DNA of 33,430 bases, taken from positions 1 to 33,430 of the forward strand of contig JANOQV010000193.1 in the NCBI GenBank assembly GCA_031414955.1, given 5' to 3'. Positions within the stretch are counted from its first letter, which is position 1. The number at the start of each line of letters is the position of its first letter. This document shows positions 18,045 through 27,239 of the stretch, one piece after another. The translations under genes were made by a program, and so were the position numbers. This DNA is from Pedosphaera sp. (lineage in GTDB: Bacteria; Verrucomicrobiota; Verrucomicrobiia; Limisphaerales; SIBH01). The notes below the pieces were generated by a model that worked only from the letters and a program-made list of their open reading frames with translations, ran no database searches and was not told the origin of the DNA.

Positions 18045-19817
18045 TCACAACCGCGAGACCAGCAGTTCGCGCTGAAAGATCATTTCTTTGGGCAGGTGCG
18101 AGTAGAGCTTCATGAATAGTTCGTCCTGCGAAAGCAGTTCGCGCCGCCATTCATCGAGGTCGATGGTCTGGGCTTTGGCCAGGCGTTCGGGCGTGTAACC
18201 GGGCATGTCTTCGAGATCGAAGCTCTGCGGCCCGGGCACCCAGCCGAGCGGGGTTTCATTGGCGTCGGCGCGGCCGTGGCAACGGTCCACGATCCATTTT
18301 AACACCCGCATGTTCTCGCCGAAGCCAGGCCAGAGGAATGCGCCGTGCTCGTCTTTGCGGAACCAGTTCACATGGAAGATGCGCGGCACGCGCTGAAGGT
18401 TTTTGCGCAGGCTTAACCAGTGCCGGAAGTAGTCGCCCATGTTGTAGCCACAGAAGGGCAGCATGGCCATTGGGTCGCGGCGCACTTGTCCGACTGCCCC
18501 GCCCGCGGCCGCCGTCATTTCCGATCCAATGGTCGCTCCCAGATACACTCCGTGAATCCAGTTGAAGGCCTGAAAGACGAGCGGCGCGGTCGTGGCGCGG
18601 CGTCCGCCGAAAATGATGGCACTGATGGGCACGCCCTCAGGATCATTCACGGCGGAATCGAGCGCCGGGTTGTTCGCCATGGGCGAGCAGAAGCGGCTGT
18701 TGGGATGCGCGGCATTTTCCTTCGCTTCCGGTGTCCAAGGCTGGCCGCGCCAGTCGAGTGCCTGGGCGGGCGGCGCATCGGTCTTGCCTTCCCACCAGAC
18801 GTCGCCGTCGGGCAGCAGCGCCACGTTGGTGAAGATGGTGTCGCGGGAGGCCGCCTGCATGGCGTTGGGATTGGATCTGGTACTGGTGCCGGGTGCGACG
18901 CCGAAGTAACCGGCCTCGGGATTGATGGCGCGGAGTTGTCCCTGCGCATCGGGCTTCATCCAGGCAATGTCGTCGCCCACGGTGGTGACCTTCCAGCCGG
19001 CGAAACGCGGCGGAGGCACCAGCATGGCGAAGTTGGTCTTGCCGCAGGCGCTGGGGAAGGCGGCGGCCACGTAGGTCTTCTCGCCTGCGGGAGATTCCAC
19101 GCCGAGGATGAGCATGTGCTCCGCGAGCCAGCCCTCGCTGCGACCCAGGTAGGAAGCGATGCGCAGCGCCAGGCATTTCTTGCCCAGCAAGGCGTTGCCG
19201 CCGTAGTTCGAGCCGACCGAGATGATTTCGTTGTCCTGCGGGAAGTGTGCGATGTAACGGCGCTCGGGATTCACATCGAGTGTGCAGTGCAGGCCGCGAT
19301 TGAAATCCGCGCTGGGGCCAAGATGTTCCACCGCGATCCGGCCCATGCGCGTCATGACGCGCATGCTAAGCACGACGTAGATCGAATCGGTGAGTTCCAC
19401 GCCGACCTTGCTCAAGGGCGAACCGGGCGGTCCCATGAGGTAAGGCACGACATACATGGTGCGCCCGCGCATGGCACTCTGGCAAAGCGCACGAAGTTTC
19501 GCCCGCATCTCGCGAGGTGCGGTCCAGTTGTTGGTCGGGCCGGCTTCCTCCGCCGTGGGCGTGCAGATGTAGGTGCATTGCTCGACCCGGGCCACGTCGT
19601 TGGGGTTCGAGCGATGCAGGTAGCAGCCGGGAAGTTTTTGCTGATTAAGTTCGATGAGCACGCCGGTGCGGATCGCTTCGTTGAGGAGTGATTGTTTCTC
19701 CTCCTCCGAGCCGTCGCACCAGACGATGCGGTCGGGGCGGCAGAGGCCAGATTGTTCCTCGACCCATCGAAGCAGGTGCTCGTTGGTCACGGTGGTATGG
19801 TTAGAATTCTCGTGCAT
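18045..19817 (-). CDS. pckG: Phosphoenolpyruvate carboxykinase (GTP)
   Basis: [81 protein letters not shown] at 19817. Confidence 0.97.
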   Translation of the reverse strand: MHENSNHTTVTNEHLLRWVEEQSGLCRPDRIVWCDGSEEEKQSLLNEAIRTGVLIELNQQKLPGCYLHRSNPNDVARVEQCTYICTPTAEEAGPTNNWTAPREMRAKLRALCQSAMRGRTMYVVPYLMGPPGSPLSKVGVELTDSIYVVLSMRVMTRMGRIAVEHLGPSADFNRGLHCTLDVNPERRYIAHFPQDNEIISVGSNYGGNALLGKKCLALRIASYLGRSEGWLAEHMLILGVESPAGEKTYVAAAFPSACGKTNFAMLVPPPRFAGWKVTTVGDDIAWMKPDAQGQLRAINPEAGYFGVAPGTSTRSNPNAMQAASRDTIFTNVALLPDGDVWWEGKTDAPPAQALDWRGQPWTPEAKENAAHPNSRFCSPMANNPALDSAVNDPEGVPISAIIFGGRRATTAPLVFQAFNWIHGVYLGATIGSEMTAAAGGAVGQVRRDPMAMLPFCGYNMGDYFRHWLSLRKNLQRVPRIFHVNWFRKDEHGAFLWPGFGENMRVLKWIVDRCHGRADANETPLGWVPGPQSFDLEDMPGYTPERLAKAQTIDLDEWRRELLSQDELFMKLYSHLPKEMIFQRELLVSRL

Positions 19818-19890
19818 TTCGTTGCGCACGAAATGTGAAGGCCAGTGCAAGCAATGGCAAACCATTCGCTGCCGAACACTCACCATGCCC

Positions 19891-20090
19891 CAGGGCCGAC
19901 GCATCAAAATGTTTGGTTCCACGGGCTAAACCCCAAAATCCAAATCCCAAATCCCAAATAAATTCCAACGGTCCAAATTCCAAAACCAGGCGTTCGCACT
20001 CTCATTGGAGTTTGGAATTGAGAGCGTATTTGGGATTTGAGATTTGGGTTTTCGTGCGAAACACCGCGAAATTTAGAGGCGTCTGCCCTG
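19891..20090. mobile_element. 200-bp MITE with ISAs1-type ends enclosing a heptamer-repeat hairpin
   Basis: Left end CAGGGCCGACGCATCAAAATGT; right end (reverse complement) CAGGGCAGACGCCTCTAAATTT. Flanking 10-mers CACCATGCCC and CCCCATGCCC match 9/10. Internal arms are (T)CCCAAA(T) and ATTTGGG repeats. Confidence 0.75.
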
Positions 20091-20127
20091 CCCCATGCCC
20101 CAGCGGGCGGGGCCAAGGGCGGAAGCG

Positions 20128-21087
20128 TTACCTGAGGTTGGCCGGGATGATCTGCTGGCGAAAGGTAAAGATGTTCGGGTCGGACGGGTCCACACTCACG
20201 CGCAGCCAGTGGGCGTCGGGGTCGCCAAAGGTCTCCACGCGTGTAAAGTTCGCAAGCCGCCGGCCGCCTTTGGGCGCCATAAGCGGCTTGTCGATCCGGA
20301 AGTAGTGGCTGTCCCCATGCACCAATACGACCGGCTTGCCAAAGGCCAGCGTTTCGCGCGCCAGGAGGTCGAGCATCTCGCGGAAGCCGGGGTGAACCCT
20401 GTTCGTGCTGCCGCGCTCGGGAAATGGATTGGCCTGGAAGATGAGCATCAGGGCGCGACGATTTTCAACCGTGGCGGTGGAGAATGAGTCCTTGATCCAG
20501 GCGAGGTTGGCCGCGTTGCGCTCTGCAAACTCCGGCTGGCCGTAGTTGTTGGTCGAGCCGGGAACATTCAGTCCCACGAAGACGATTCCGCCCACCTCCC
20601 AGCGAACATTTTCCCGGTACTTCTCGAAGCGCGGATCGTTCGACTGCCGCCCGAGCGGCAGTTTGTCGCGTCCGAGGCTGGAGTCGCCCCGGGTGAAGAG
20701 TTCGCGCAGTTTGGCGAGTCTTTCCTCGGGATCGAAGCCGTTGGTGGCCTTGGCGCAATCAGTCCATTCGTTGTCACCGAAGAGATAAATGAGCGGGTGC
20801 TGGAAGTTTTGGAAGTCGCGCCGGCGATCCTCAAACACTTGATCAAAGCACGGCTGGGCACCGGACTTGATGTCGCCGTTGTGGACCACGAACTCGAGAT
20901 CCGCCGCGTTCAATTCGCGAATCATGTTTGGGAACTGATGGGTGATGTGATGGTCCGAGTAGGGGATGTCGCCGATCAGGGCGAAACCGAAACGCCGGGC
21001 GTCGGTGACTTCCCGGCCCCACCACGAAGCGCAACCACTGAGCAGCACGAGGCCCAGGCCACCGATGACGATTATCCATTTCCGCAT
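20128..21087 (-). CDS. Calcineurin-like metallophosphoesterase lipoprotein
   Basis: Lipobox LLSGC; motifs GDIPY, HNGDIK, GDNEW and HGDSH. ATG at 21087. Confidence 0.8.
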   Translation of the reverse strand: MRKWIIVIGGLGLVLLSGCASWWGREVTDARRFGFALIGDIPYSDHHITHQFPNMIRELNAADLEFVVHNGDIKSGAQPCFDQVFEDRRRDFQNFQHPLIYLFGDNEWTDCAKATNGFDPEERLAKLRELFTRGDSSLGRDKLPLGRQSNDPRFEKYRENVRWEVGGIVFVGLNVPGSTNNYGQPEFAERNAANLAWIKDSFSTATVENRRALMLIFQANPFPERGSTNRVHPGFREMLDLLARETLAFGKPVVLVHGDSHYFRIDKPLMAPKGGRRLANFTRVETFGDPDAHWLRVSVDPSDPNIFTFRQQIIPANLR

Positions 21088-21149
21088 GGCGCGAGTGTGC
21101 AAAGGGCAGGGGAGGTTGGCGCGCTTTTTCGTCGGAGCACGCGTGCCAT

Positions 21150-22307
21150 TCATGCCCCGGTCTTCGTGAATCGCCGGGGATTGAACAGGCCGGTTTCATG
21201 GCCGGCCTGTCCGGTGGTGACAAGGTTGGCCAGGATTTCGCCGACCACACTGCAGAACTTGAAACCGTGGCCGCTGAAGCCGGCGGCGATCTTCACCTGC
21301 GGATGCCGGGGGTGTTCGCCGATGACGAAGTTCAAGTCCGGGGTGAGGGTGTAGAGGCAGGTCGCGGCTTGAATCACCTCGCCATCAAGCGCGGGGAGAA
21401 ATTCCCGGACCGCCTCGCGCATCTCCAGCACATCATCGGCGCGGATGCGGCGATCCACGGTGTCCGGGGTGCAAGGCTCGGCGGCGGCCTTGCGATAGAA
21501 GGCGATCTTCACCCCGCCCGCCGCTCCATCCACGGCGGGGAATCCGTAGGGCGTGGCACCGTCCGCGCGCTGCCAGATATAAACCGGAAACCGGTCGGGC
21601 AGGAACGACTCCACGCCGCCGGGCGGTTGAAACCAGAACAGAACCTGGCGCTCCACGCTCAGGGGAACACCGAGATCGCCGAGCAGTTGTGGCGCCCACG
21701 GGCCGGGCGTGATGATGAGTTGCTCGGCGGAATAAGTGCCGCGCGCCGTGGTGACGGTCACGCCGCTGTCCGGGGTGGTCTGCCAGGAAGCAACCGCCTC
21801 CTCGAAGCGCAATTCAGCCCCGCTTCGAGCAGCCGCGCGCAAGTGCGCGGTGATGGCCCGTTCGCAGAAAACCAGGCCGGCTGCTTTTTCAAACACTCCC
21901 ACGGTGCCGTCGGGAATCTGGAAGAGCGGGAATCTCCGGCGGAGGTCGGCTGAGTCGAAAACCTCGTGGGGCAGGTCGTGTTCTCGGGCGCTACGAATAC
22001 TGCCGGCCACGACTTCGGAATCCGGCGCTCCCATCATCAGCCCGCCGGGCAGCAGGAGGAGCGACTCCTCCGTGTCGCGTTCGAGTTCCCGCCACAATTC
22101 ATAAGCGCGGAGCAGCAGCGGCACGTAGGCCGGATGCTCGAAATAGGCCTGGCGAATGACGCGGGTCTTGCCGTGGCTGGAGCCGCGATCGTGTGGCGGG
22201 GAGAATTGTTCGAGGCCCAGCACACGTTTCCCACGCGCCGCGAGGTGGCGGACGGCGGCACTGCCCATGCCGCCCAGTCCGAGGACGATGACATCGTAGG
22301 AGGCCAC
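21150..22307 (-). CDS. solA: N-methyl-L-tryptophan oxidase / monomeric sarcosine oxidase family flavoprotein
   Basis: DVIVLGLGGMGSA FAD motif; GSSHGKTRVIRQAYFE; CLYT.TPD (covalent FAD Cys); GFSGHGFKF. Confidence 0.88.
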   Translation of the reverse strand: MASYDVIVLGLGGMGSAAVRHLAARGKRVLGLEQFSPPHDRGSSHGKTRVIRQAYFEHPAYVPLLLRAYELWRELERDTEESLLLLPGGLMMGAPDSEVVAGSIRSAREHDLPHEVFDSADLRRRFPLFQIPDGTVGVFEKAAGLVFCERAITAHLRAAARSGAELRFEEAVASWQTTPDSGVTVTTARGTYSAEQLIITPGPWAPQLLGDLGVPLSVERQVLFWFQPPGGVESFLPDRFPVYIWQRADGATPYGFPAVDGAAGGVKIAFYRKAAAEPCTPDTVDRRIRADDVLEMREAVREFLPALDGEVIQAATCLYTLTPDLNFVIGEHPRHPQVKIAAGFSGHGFKFCSVVGEILANLVTTGQAGHETGLFNPRRFTKTGA

Positions 22308-22321
22308 GCGAGCGAATGAGG

Positions 22322-23890
22322 CTACTTGCCTCCAGCGTTGGCCGCCCCTCGCCGGGCCGTTCCAGGTGGTTGGCCATCCACTCCGGCGGGCGGCTGCTCA
22401 TGGGCAAACTCGTCGTTGTCCTTCAATTCTTTGCGCAGCCGCGCCAGTTCCTTCTTCAACCGCGCCACTACTTTCTTCTGGTCCGGATCTTCGTAGATGT
22501 TGCGCATCTCGCCTGGATCGCGCCCGAGGTCGTAAAGCTCCCACTGATCCTTCTTCCAGTAATAGATCAGCTTGTGGGTGAGTGTTCGCACGCCGTAATG
22601 CGCGGCGGTGTGGTGGTCGCCCGGGTCGTGATAGTAGCGGTAGTACATGCTTTCCCGCCACGTCCACGGGTGCTTGCCTTTGAGCAGGGGGACGATGCTG
22701 CGGCCCTGCATGTCGGCCGGCGTGTTCAGTCCGGCCATGTCCAGGAAGGTTGGCGCGAAGTCGGTGTTGATGATCATTTTATCCTGTACCGAGCCGGGCT
22801 TGATCACGCCCGGCCAGCGGATGATGAACGGCATCTTCAGGGAAGGGTCATACATGAAGCGTTTGTCGTACATCCCGTGGTCGCCGAGGAAGAATCCCTG
22901 GTCGCTGGTGTAGATAACGACGGTATTTGTGCGCAGTCCGTTCGCGTCGAGCCAGTCGAGCATCCGCCCGATGTTGTCATCCACGGACTGCACGCAGGCG
23001 AGATAGTCCTGCATGTAACGCTGATACTTCCATTTGTTGAGCGCCTCGCCCCGCAGGGTCATCATCTTGCCGTCGGCCACAATTTCCACTTCGGTCGGTT
23101 TCTCATTCAACCAGCGATTGCGATTGGTCCCCTTCAATTCCGCCGGCGGCTCCAGCTTCAAGTCGCGCCGCGTCAGGTCGTCGAAGACGCGTTGCTTGTT
23201 TTCGCGCAGCGCGTCGGTCCGGGTCGCGTAATCATCGCGCAACGTGGCCGGTTCAGGAATTTGCCGGTTGGCAAACATGGCCTTGTGCTTCGCGTCCGGC
23301 TCCCAAGGACGATGCGGCGCCTTGTGGTGATACATGAGGAAGAACGGTTTGTCCGATGGGCGGCCTTTGAGGAAGTCGAGGCACAAGTCGGTAATGACCT
23401 CCGTGGCGTAACCCTTGATGACGGTGCGCCCGGTGGCGGTGAGAAACGCGGGATCGAAATAAAGCCCCTGTCCCGGCAGCACCATCCATTGGTCAAAGCC
23501 CGTCGGGTCGCTGCCCAAGTGCCACTTGCCGTACATGCCGGTGTGATAACCCGCCGCTTGCAGATACTTCGCCACCGTCGGCTGCGAACCGTCGAAGCGA
23601 TTGAACACCGGCGTGCCGTTGGCGTGGCTGTATTTGCCGGTAAGAATCGAGGCGCGGCTCGGGGTGCAGATGGAATTCACCACGAAACAGCGGTCGAAGC
23701 GCATGCCTTCCTTGGCGATGCGGTCCATGTGTGGCGTCTCGTTCACCACGCTGCCATAGCAACTCATGGCGTGCGCCGCGTGGTCGTCGGTCATGATGAA
23801 CAGGATGTTCGGAGGCACGGGGTTCGCGGCCTCGGCGGCGGCGGCCGCGCCCAGCAGCAGCACAGCGTAAAGAATGGATTGTGGGTTCAC
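22322..23890 (-). CDS. Secreted formylglycine-dependent (S1) sulfatase, N-acetylglucosamine-6-sulfatase-like
   Basis: PNILFIMTDDH, CTPSRASILTG, GKWHL, HKAPHR.W, YTSDQGFFLGDHG.YDKR, ELYDL..DP.E..N. Start uncertain (GTG 23890 precedes the signal peptide). Confidence 0.92.
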   Translation of the reverse strand: MNPQSILYAVLLLGAAAAAEAANPVPPNILFIMTDDHAAHAMSCYGSVVNETPHMDRIAKEGMRFDRCFVVNSICTPSRASILTGKYSHANGTPVFNRFDGSQPTVAKYLQAAGYHTGMYGKWHLGSDPTGFDQWMVLPGQGLYFDPAFLTATGRTVIKGYATEVITDLCLDFLKGRPSDKPFFLMYHHKAPHRPWEPDAKHKAMFANRQIPEPATLRDDYATRTDALRENKQRVFDDLTRRDLKLEPPAELKGTNRNRWLNEKPTEVEIVADGKMMTLRGEALNKWKYQRYMQDYLACVQSVDDNIGRMLDWLDANGLRTNTVVIYTSDQGFFLGDHGMYDKRFMYDPSLKMPFIIRWPGVIKPGSVQDKMIINTDFAPTFLDMAGLNTPADMQGRSIVPLLKGKHPWTWRESMYYRYYHDPGDHHTAAHYGVRTLTHKLIYYWKKDQWELYDLGRDPGEMRNIYEDPDQKKVVARLKKELARLRKELKDNDEFAHEQPPAGVDGQPPGTARRGAANAGGK

Positions 23891-24097
23891 GACAAAACTT
23901 TGTGACCGGAGCGCCGAGGCTGTCGAGACACTTGTGCGTCGCTCCGGAGCGATGGCCTTCAACTCGCAGTGGCTCCTGCGGGCCTACACGCCAGGGACTG
24001 GCGCGAGCACTCTGACTGGCCTAGCTCTCTGCGGTTGGCAAACCATCGCTCTGGAGTTTGCTCCCATGTGCTCTCGATCCATCTCCACCTTCCCATC

Positions 24098-24160
24098 CCG
24101 GGCCGACGCATCAAAATGTTGGGTTCCACGGGCTAAATCCCAAATCCCAAATAAGCTCTA
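24098..24160. mobile_element. Truncated second copy of the ISAs1-type MITE (left end only)
   Basis: 24100-24137 matches 19893-19930 at 37/38 nt, followed by the shared TCCCAAATCCCAAATAA; then cut off by another element. Confidence 0.7.
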
Positions 24161-24389
24161 AACCCGAACTCCGAGGCAGCCGAGGGTGGCACGGGCAACC
24201 GGCCCTTGCCGCCGGGCCACTGGCCCGGCGGAAGGGAAGGAGTCGTCACATGGGAACGGCTTGGCCGAAATAGTGCCGGTTTTGCAGAACCGGGCCTGCC
24301 TGCCTTTCGCCCGGCTGATAGCCGGGCGAAACGGGCTGTTAGCCCGTGCTACCCGGCGGCTGCGCCGCTTCGACTTCGGAGTTCGGGTT
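24161..24389. mobile_element. 229-bp element with perfect 14-bp terminal inverted repeats enclosing a REP doublet
   Basis: AACCCGAACTCCGA (24161-24174) and TCGGAGTTCGGGTT (24376-24389). Inner GGGTGGCACGGGC (24184-24196) and GCCCGTGCTACCC (24342-24354), each with local hairpins. Confidence 0.65.
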
Positions 24390-24476
24390 GAAATCTTGAA
24401 CGGGGCAGCACGTAGCGGGAGGGCGGCCCCTCGCGCCCTTAAAACGGAGGACGGATCGTGGGCTTGCCGCCCCGGT

Positions 24477-26597
24477 TCACTTCGCCCCGTACACGCCCTT
24501 CTCGGAATACTTCCCGTCGTAGGAGTAGCTGTAGTAAGGGTCGTAGCCAGGGGTGAGGCGGCGGCGAGGCTGGCGGTTGAGAATGAGTCCGGCCAGCGGG
24601 GCGGCGGCTTTCTCTAACAACTCGCGGGCGCGACCGGCGGCTTTGCGCGGCGTCTGGTTGGCGCGCACCACGAGGCAGACGGTCTGGACCTTTTTGAGCA
24701 TGAGCAGGGTGTCGCTCACGGCGTGAACGGGCGCGGAGTCGATGACCACGCGGTCGAAGCGGAGCAGCGCTTCCTCAATGAGCTGATCAAAGTTCCCCTG
24801 GGCCAGAAGTTCGGCGGGATTGGGCGCGAGCGTGCCGGCGGGGATGAAGGAGAAGTTTTCCGGCCCGGCCTCGTGGATGATTTCATCGAGGGTGCGCGCG
24901 CCGGTGAGGAAGTCGGTCACACCAGTGCGGCGCGGGGTGTCGGGGAAAAGCGATTTCTCGATGGCGGGCCGCCGCAGGTCGCCGTCGATGACGACGGTCT
25001 TGAGTCCTTGCTGGGCCAGGGCGAGGGCGAAGTTCAGGGAGCAAAAGGTTTTGCCTTCCTGCGGAATGGCGCTGGTGAGGAGGAAGGTGCGGCGCGTCTC
25101 GGGGCGGCCGAGCATGGAGACGGAGGTGCGCAGAGTACGGAAGGCTTCGGCCGCGGGGGAGTTGGCGTTGTTGTTGACCACGAGGGTGGGGCCGGGCTTG
25201 ACCTTGGGCACGGCGGCAAGCACGGGCAGACGGAGGTATTCCTCGGCGTCATCCACGGTTTTAATGGTGGAGTCGAGAGCGTTGAGGCCGAGGACGACGA
25301 GGACCCCGGCCACAAGACCCAGCAGCAGGCCGCGGATCATAAGTTGTTTCTTGTTCGGGGAGAAGGGCGTGGCTGGGGCGAGGGCAGGAGTGTTGAGCTG
25401 GACTTTGCTGGGCTTCAACTCGCGGGTCAGGGTGGCTTCCTTGAGGCGCTGTTGCACGGCGTCGTAGAGGGTGCGGTTGGCGTCCATCTCGCGGGTCAGG
25501 CGGTGGTAGTCGGTAAGATCCTTGGTCAACTGGCGGGAGACGAGTTCCTGCTTGGCGAGTTCCTCCATCAAGGCCTTTTCGCCGGCGGCGGCGCTCTCGT
25601 AGGCAGAGCGGAGGCTCTGGGGCACTTTGAGCACGGCGTTGGTCAGGGCCTCGCGCCAGGTGGCCATCTCGCTGGCGAGCTGCATGTACTTCGGGTGGGA
25701 TTCCTTGTAGCGCTGCTTGAGGCTGGCGAATTCGCCGTCCAGCCGGGCCAGGGTGCCCTTGGCTTCGGCGACGTTGGGGGCGGAGGTGACCGTGGGGAGG
25801 ACCAGGAGCGCGGAGACGTTGCCGCCGTGCTTGTCCACCTGGGCCAGCTCGGACTTGAGGCGAATGGCGGTGGAGTTGGCCTCGGTGAGGCGGACATTGG
25901 CTTCCTTAAGGCGGGCGGTGACGATGTCGTTGCGGTCTTCGATGGAGACGGATTTGGCCTGGTCGCGGAAAGCCTGGAGGGCGGTCTCGGACTCTTCGAG
26001 CTTGAGCTTCAAGCGGCGCCCTTCCTTGCCGAGAAAGCTGGCCGCCTCCTCGGCCACGGCGGAGTTCTGCTCGTAGCTGTTGGCGATGAATTCGGTGACG
26101 ACGGCGTTGGCGATCCGGGCCGTGATCTGGGGATTGGGATGAGTGGCGGTGACGTCGATCAGGCGGGTGCCCTTGCGCAGGCGGACGCTGACCATGCGGT
26201 CGAGCAGGGCGGCGAGCTGGGCCTTGTCCGGCTCGGTCATGGTGGAGAGGAACGAGGCGTCCTGGGTGAGCTTGAGCGTCTCGACGACGCGCTCGAGCAC
26301 GGCGCGGCTCTTGAGGGTTTGCTCGAGGGTGCGGAGGGCGTCGGGATAGCGCAAGTCCTCCGCCTGGAAGCGTTCGACTTTCACCACTCGGGCTTCGTCC
26401 TGTTCGATTTGCACCACGGCATTGGCGGCAAAAAGGATCGGCTGGCGCTGGGTGTAACCAAGGGTCAGCAGCGCGGCGAGGATGACGAAGATGGCGACGA
26501 GCCAGGCACGTTCCAGCAGGGCGCGGGAAAGGCGTTTGGCATCGAGTCCGGAGGTCGGAGCATGCGCCAGACGCGGGGCGGGGGTGGGTGCGGCCAT
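24477..26597 (-). CDS. wzc: Polysaccharide co-polymerase / tyrosine autokinase (Wzc/GumC family)
   Basis: Two TM helices around a coiled-coil periplasmic part; AEAFRTLRT, Walker A SAIPQEGKT, IDGDLRRP, VIDSAP, and a C-terminal Tyr cluster (YDPYYSYSY). Confidence 0.93.
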   Translation of the reverse strand: MAAPTPAPRLAHAPTSGLDAKRLSRALLERAWLVAIFVILAALLTLGYTQRQPILFAANAVVQIEQDEARVVKVERFQAEDLRYPDALRTLEQTLKSRAVLERVVETLKLTQDASFLSTMTEPDKAQLAALLDRMVSVRLRKGTRLIDVTATHPNPQITARIANAVVTEFIANSYEQNSAVAEEAASFLGKEGRRLKLKLEESETALQAFRDQAKSVSIEDRNDIVTARLKEANVRLTEANSTAIRLKSELAQVDKHGGNVSALLVLPTVTSAPNVAEAKGTLARLDGEFASLKQRYKESHPKYMQLASEMATWREALTNAVLKVPQSLRSAYESAAAGEKALMEELAKQELVSRQLTKDLTDYHRLTREMDANRTLYDAVQQRLKEATLTRELKPSKVQLNTPALAPATPFSPNKKQLMIRGLLLGLVAGVLVVLGLNALDSTIKTVDDAEEYLRLPVLAAVPKVKPGPTLVVNNNANSPAAEAFRTLRTSVSMLGRPETRRTFLLTSAIPQEGKTFCSLNFALALAQQGLKTVVIDGDLRRPAIEKSLFPDTPRRTGVTDFLTGARTLDEIIHEAGPENFSFIPAGTLAPNPAELLAQGNFDQLIEEALLRFDRVVIDSAPVHAVSDTLLMLKKVQTVCLVVRANQTPRKAAGRARELLEKAAAPLAGLILNRQPRRRLTPGYDPYYSYSYDGKYSEKGVYGAK

Positions 26598-26609
26598 ATC
26601 AGGATGTTT

Positions 26610-27224
26610 TCAGAATATCTTCTCGCCCACGGTGATGGTGTCGTCGGCGAGGATCTCGAAGACCTTCGCGTCCTTGTCCTTGGCCATGGCGTCGGCATCG
26701 ACCTTGAACACTTGCTTGTCCGTGCCCAAGCCGCGCTGGACGGTGACGCGCCCGCCCGCCCCGAGCCGGGTGAGACCGCCGGCCATGGAGAGAGCCTGGA
26801 GGAGGTTCACGCTTTCATCGCCCGGCATGTCGAAGGTGCCGGGACGCTGCACCTGGCCGAGGACGGTGAAGCGGTGCTTGGCATACTCAATGATCTCCAG
26901 CGAGACCTGCGGGTTGACCAGATATTTCTCGCCCAGCAAATCGCGGATGTGCCGGGCTGCTTGCTCACGGGTCTGGCCACCGACGGTGACAGAGCCGAGC
27001 AGGGGCAGGACGACGGAGCCGTCCTTGGAGAGGCGGACTTTGGCCTCGAGATCATCCTCCTGATAGACTTTGACCTGGATGATGTCGTTGGCCACGAGGA
27101 GGTAGTCGGGGCGGACTGGTTTGTTGGTGGCTGTGACGCTGTTGTTGGTGGCGGGCTTGGGTTCAGCGGCGCTGACGGTCCAGGCCGCCAGGGCCAGCAC
27201 CAGCATTAAGATGTTTTTCCGCAT
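26610..27224 (-). CDS. Short polysaccharide export (OPX, Wza/GumB-like) protein: Poly_export plus one SLBB domain
   Basis: DYLL..ND.I.V.VYQE.DL…DG…LPLLG.V.V.G.T; YLVNPQV; VLGQV.RPG…L.QALSMAGG.T. Sec signal with no lipobox Cys; start ATG 27224 (or TTG 27230). Confidence 0.9.
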   Translation of the reverse strand: MRKNILMLVLALAAWTVSAAEPKPATNNSVTATNKPVRPDYLLVANDIIQVKVYQEDDLEAKVRLSKDGSVVLPLLGSVTVGGQTREQAARHIRDLLGEKYLVNPQVSLEIIEYAKHRFTVLGQVQRPGTFDMPGDESVNLLQALSMAGGLTRLGAGGRVTVQRGLGTDKQVFKVDADAMAKDKDAKVFEILADDTITVGEKIF

Positions 27225-27239
27225 GTTCAAATCCAGCGA

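Noticed and set aside
19845..19868. Possible sigma-54 promoter upstream of pckG (TGG…TTGC on -)
   Set aside because: GG-to-GC spacing is 9 or 13 nt rather than the required 10.
19928..20050. Short tandem repeats considered as a CRISPR array
   Set aside because: 7-nt degenerate units in inverted arms, with no 23-47 nt repeats separated by unique spacers and no cas genes.
22316..23905. 529-aa + strand ORF (and the similar 18420-19691 and 29761-30993 ORFs)
   Set aside because: Antisense shadows of the sulfatase, pckG and HtrA.
24723..27209. 828-aa + strand ORF opposite wzc/OPX
   Set aside because: Antisense shadow caused by strong codon bias; Gly/Val/Glu-rich with no family motifs.
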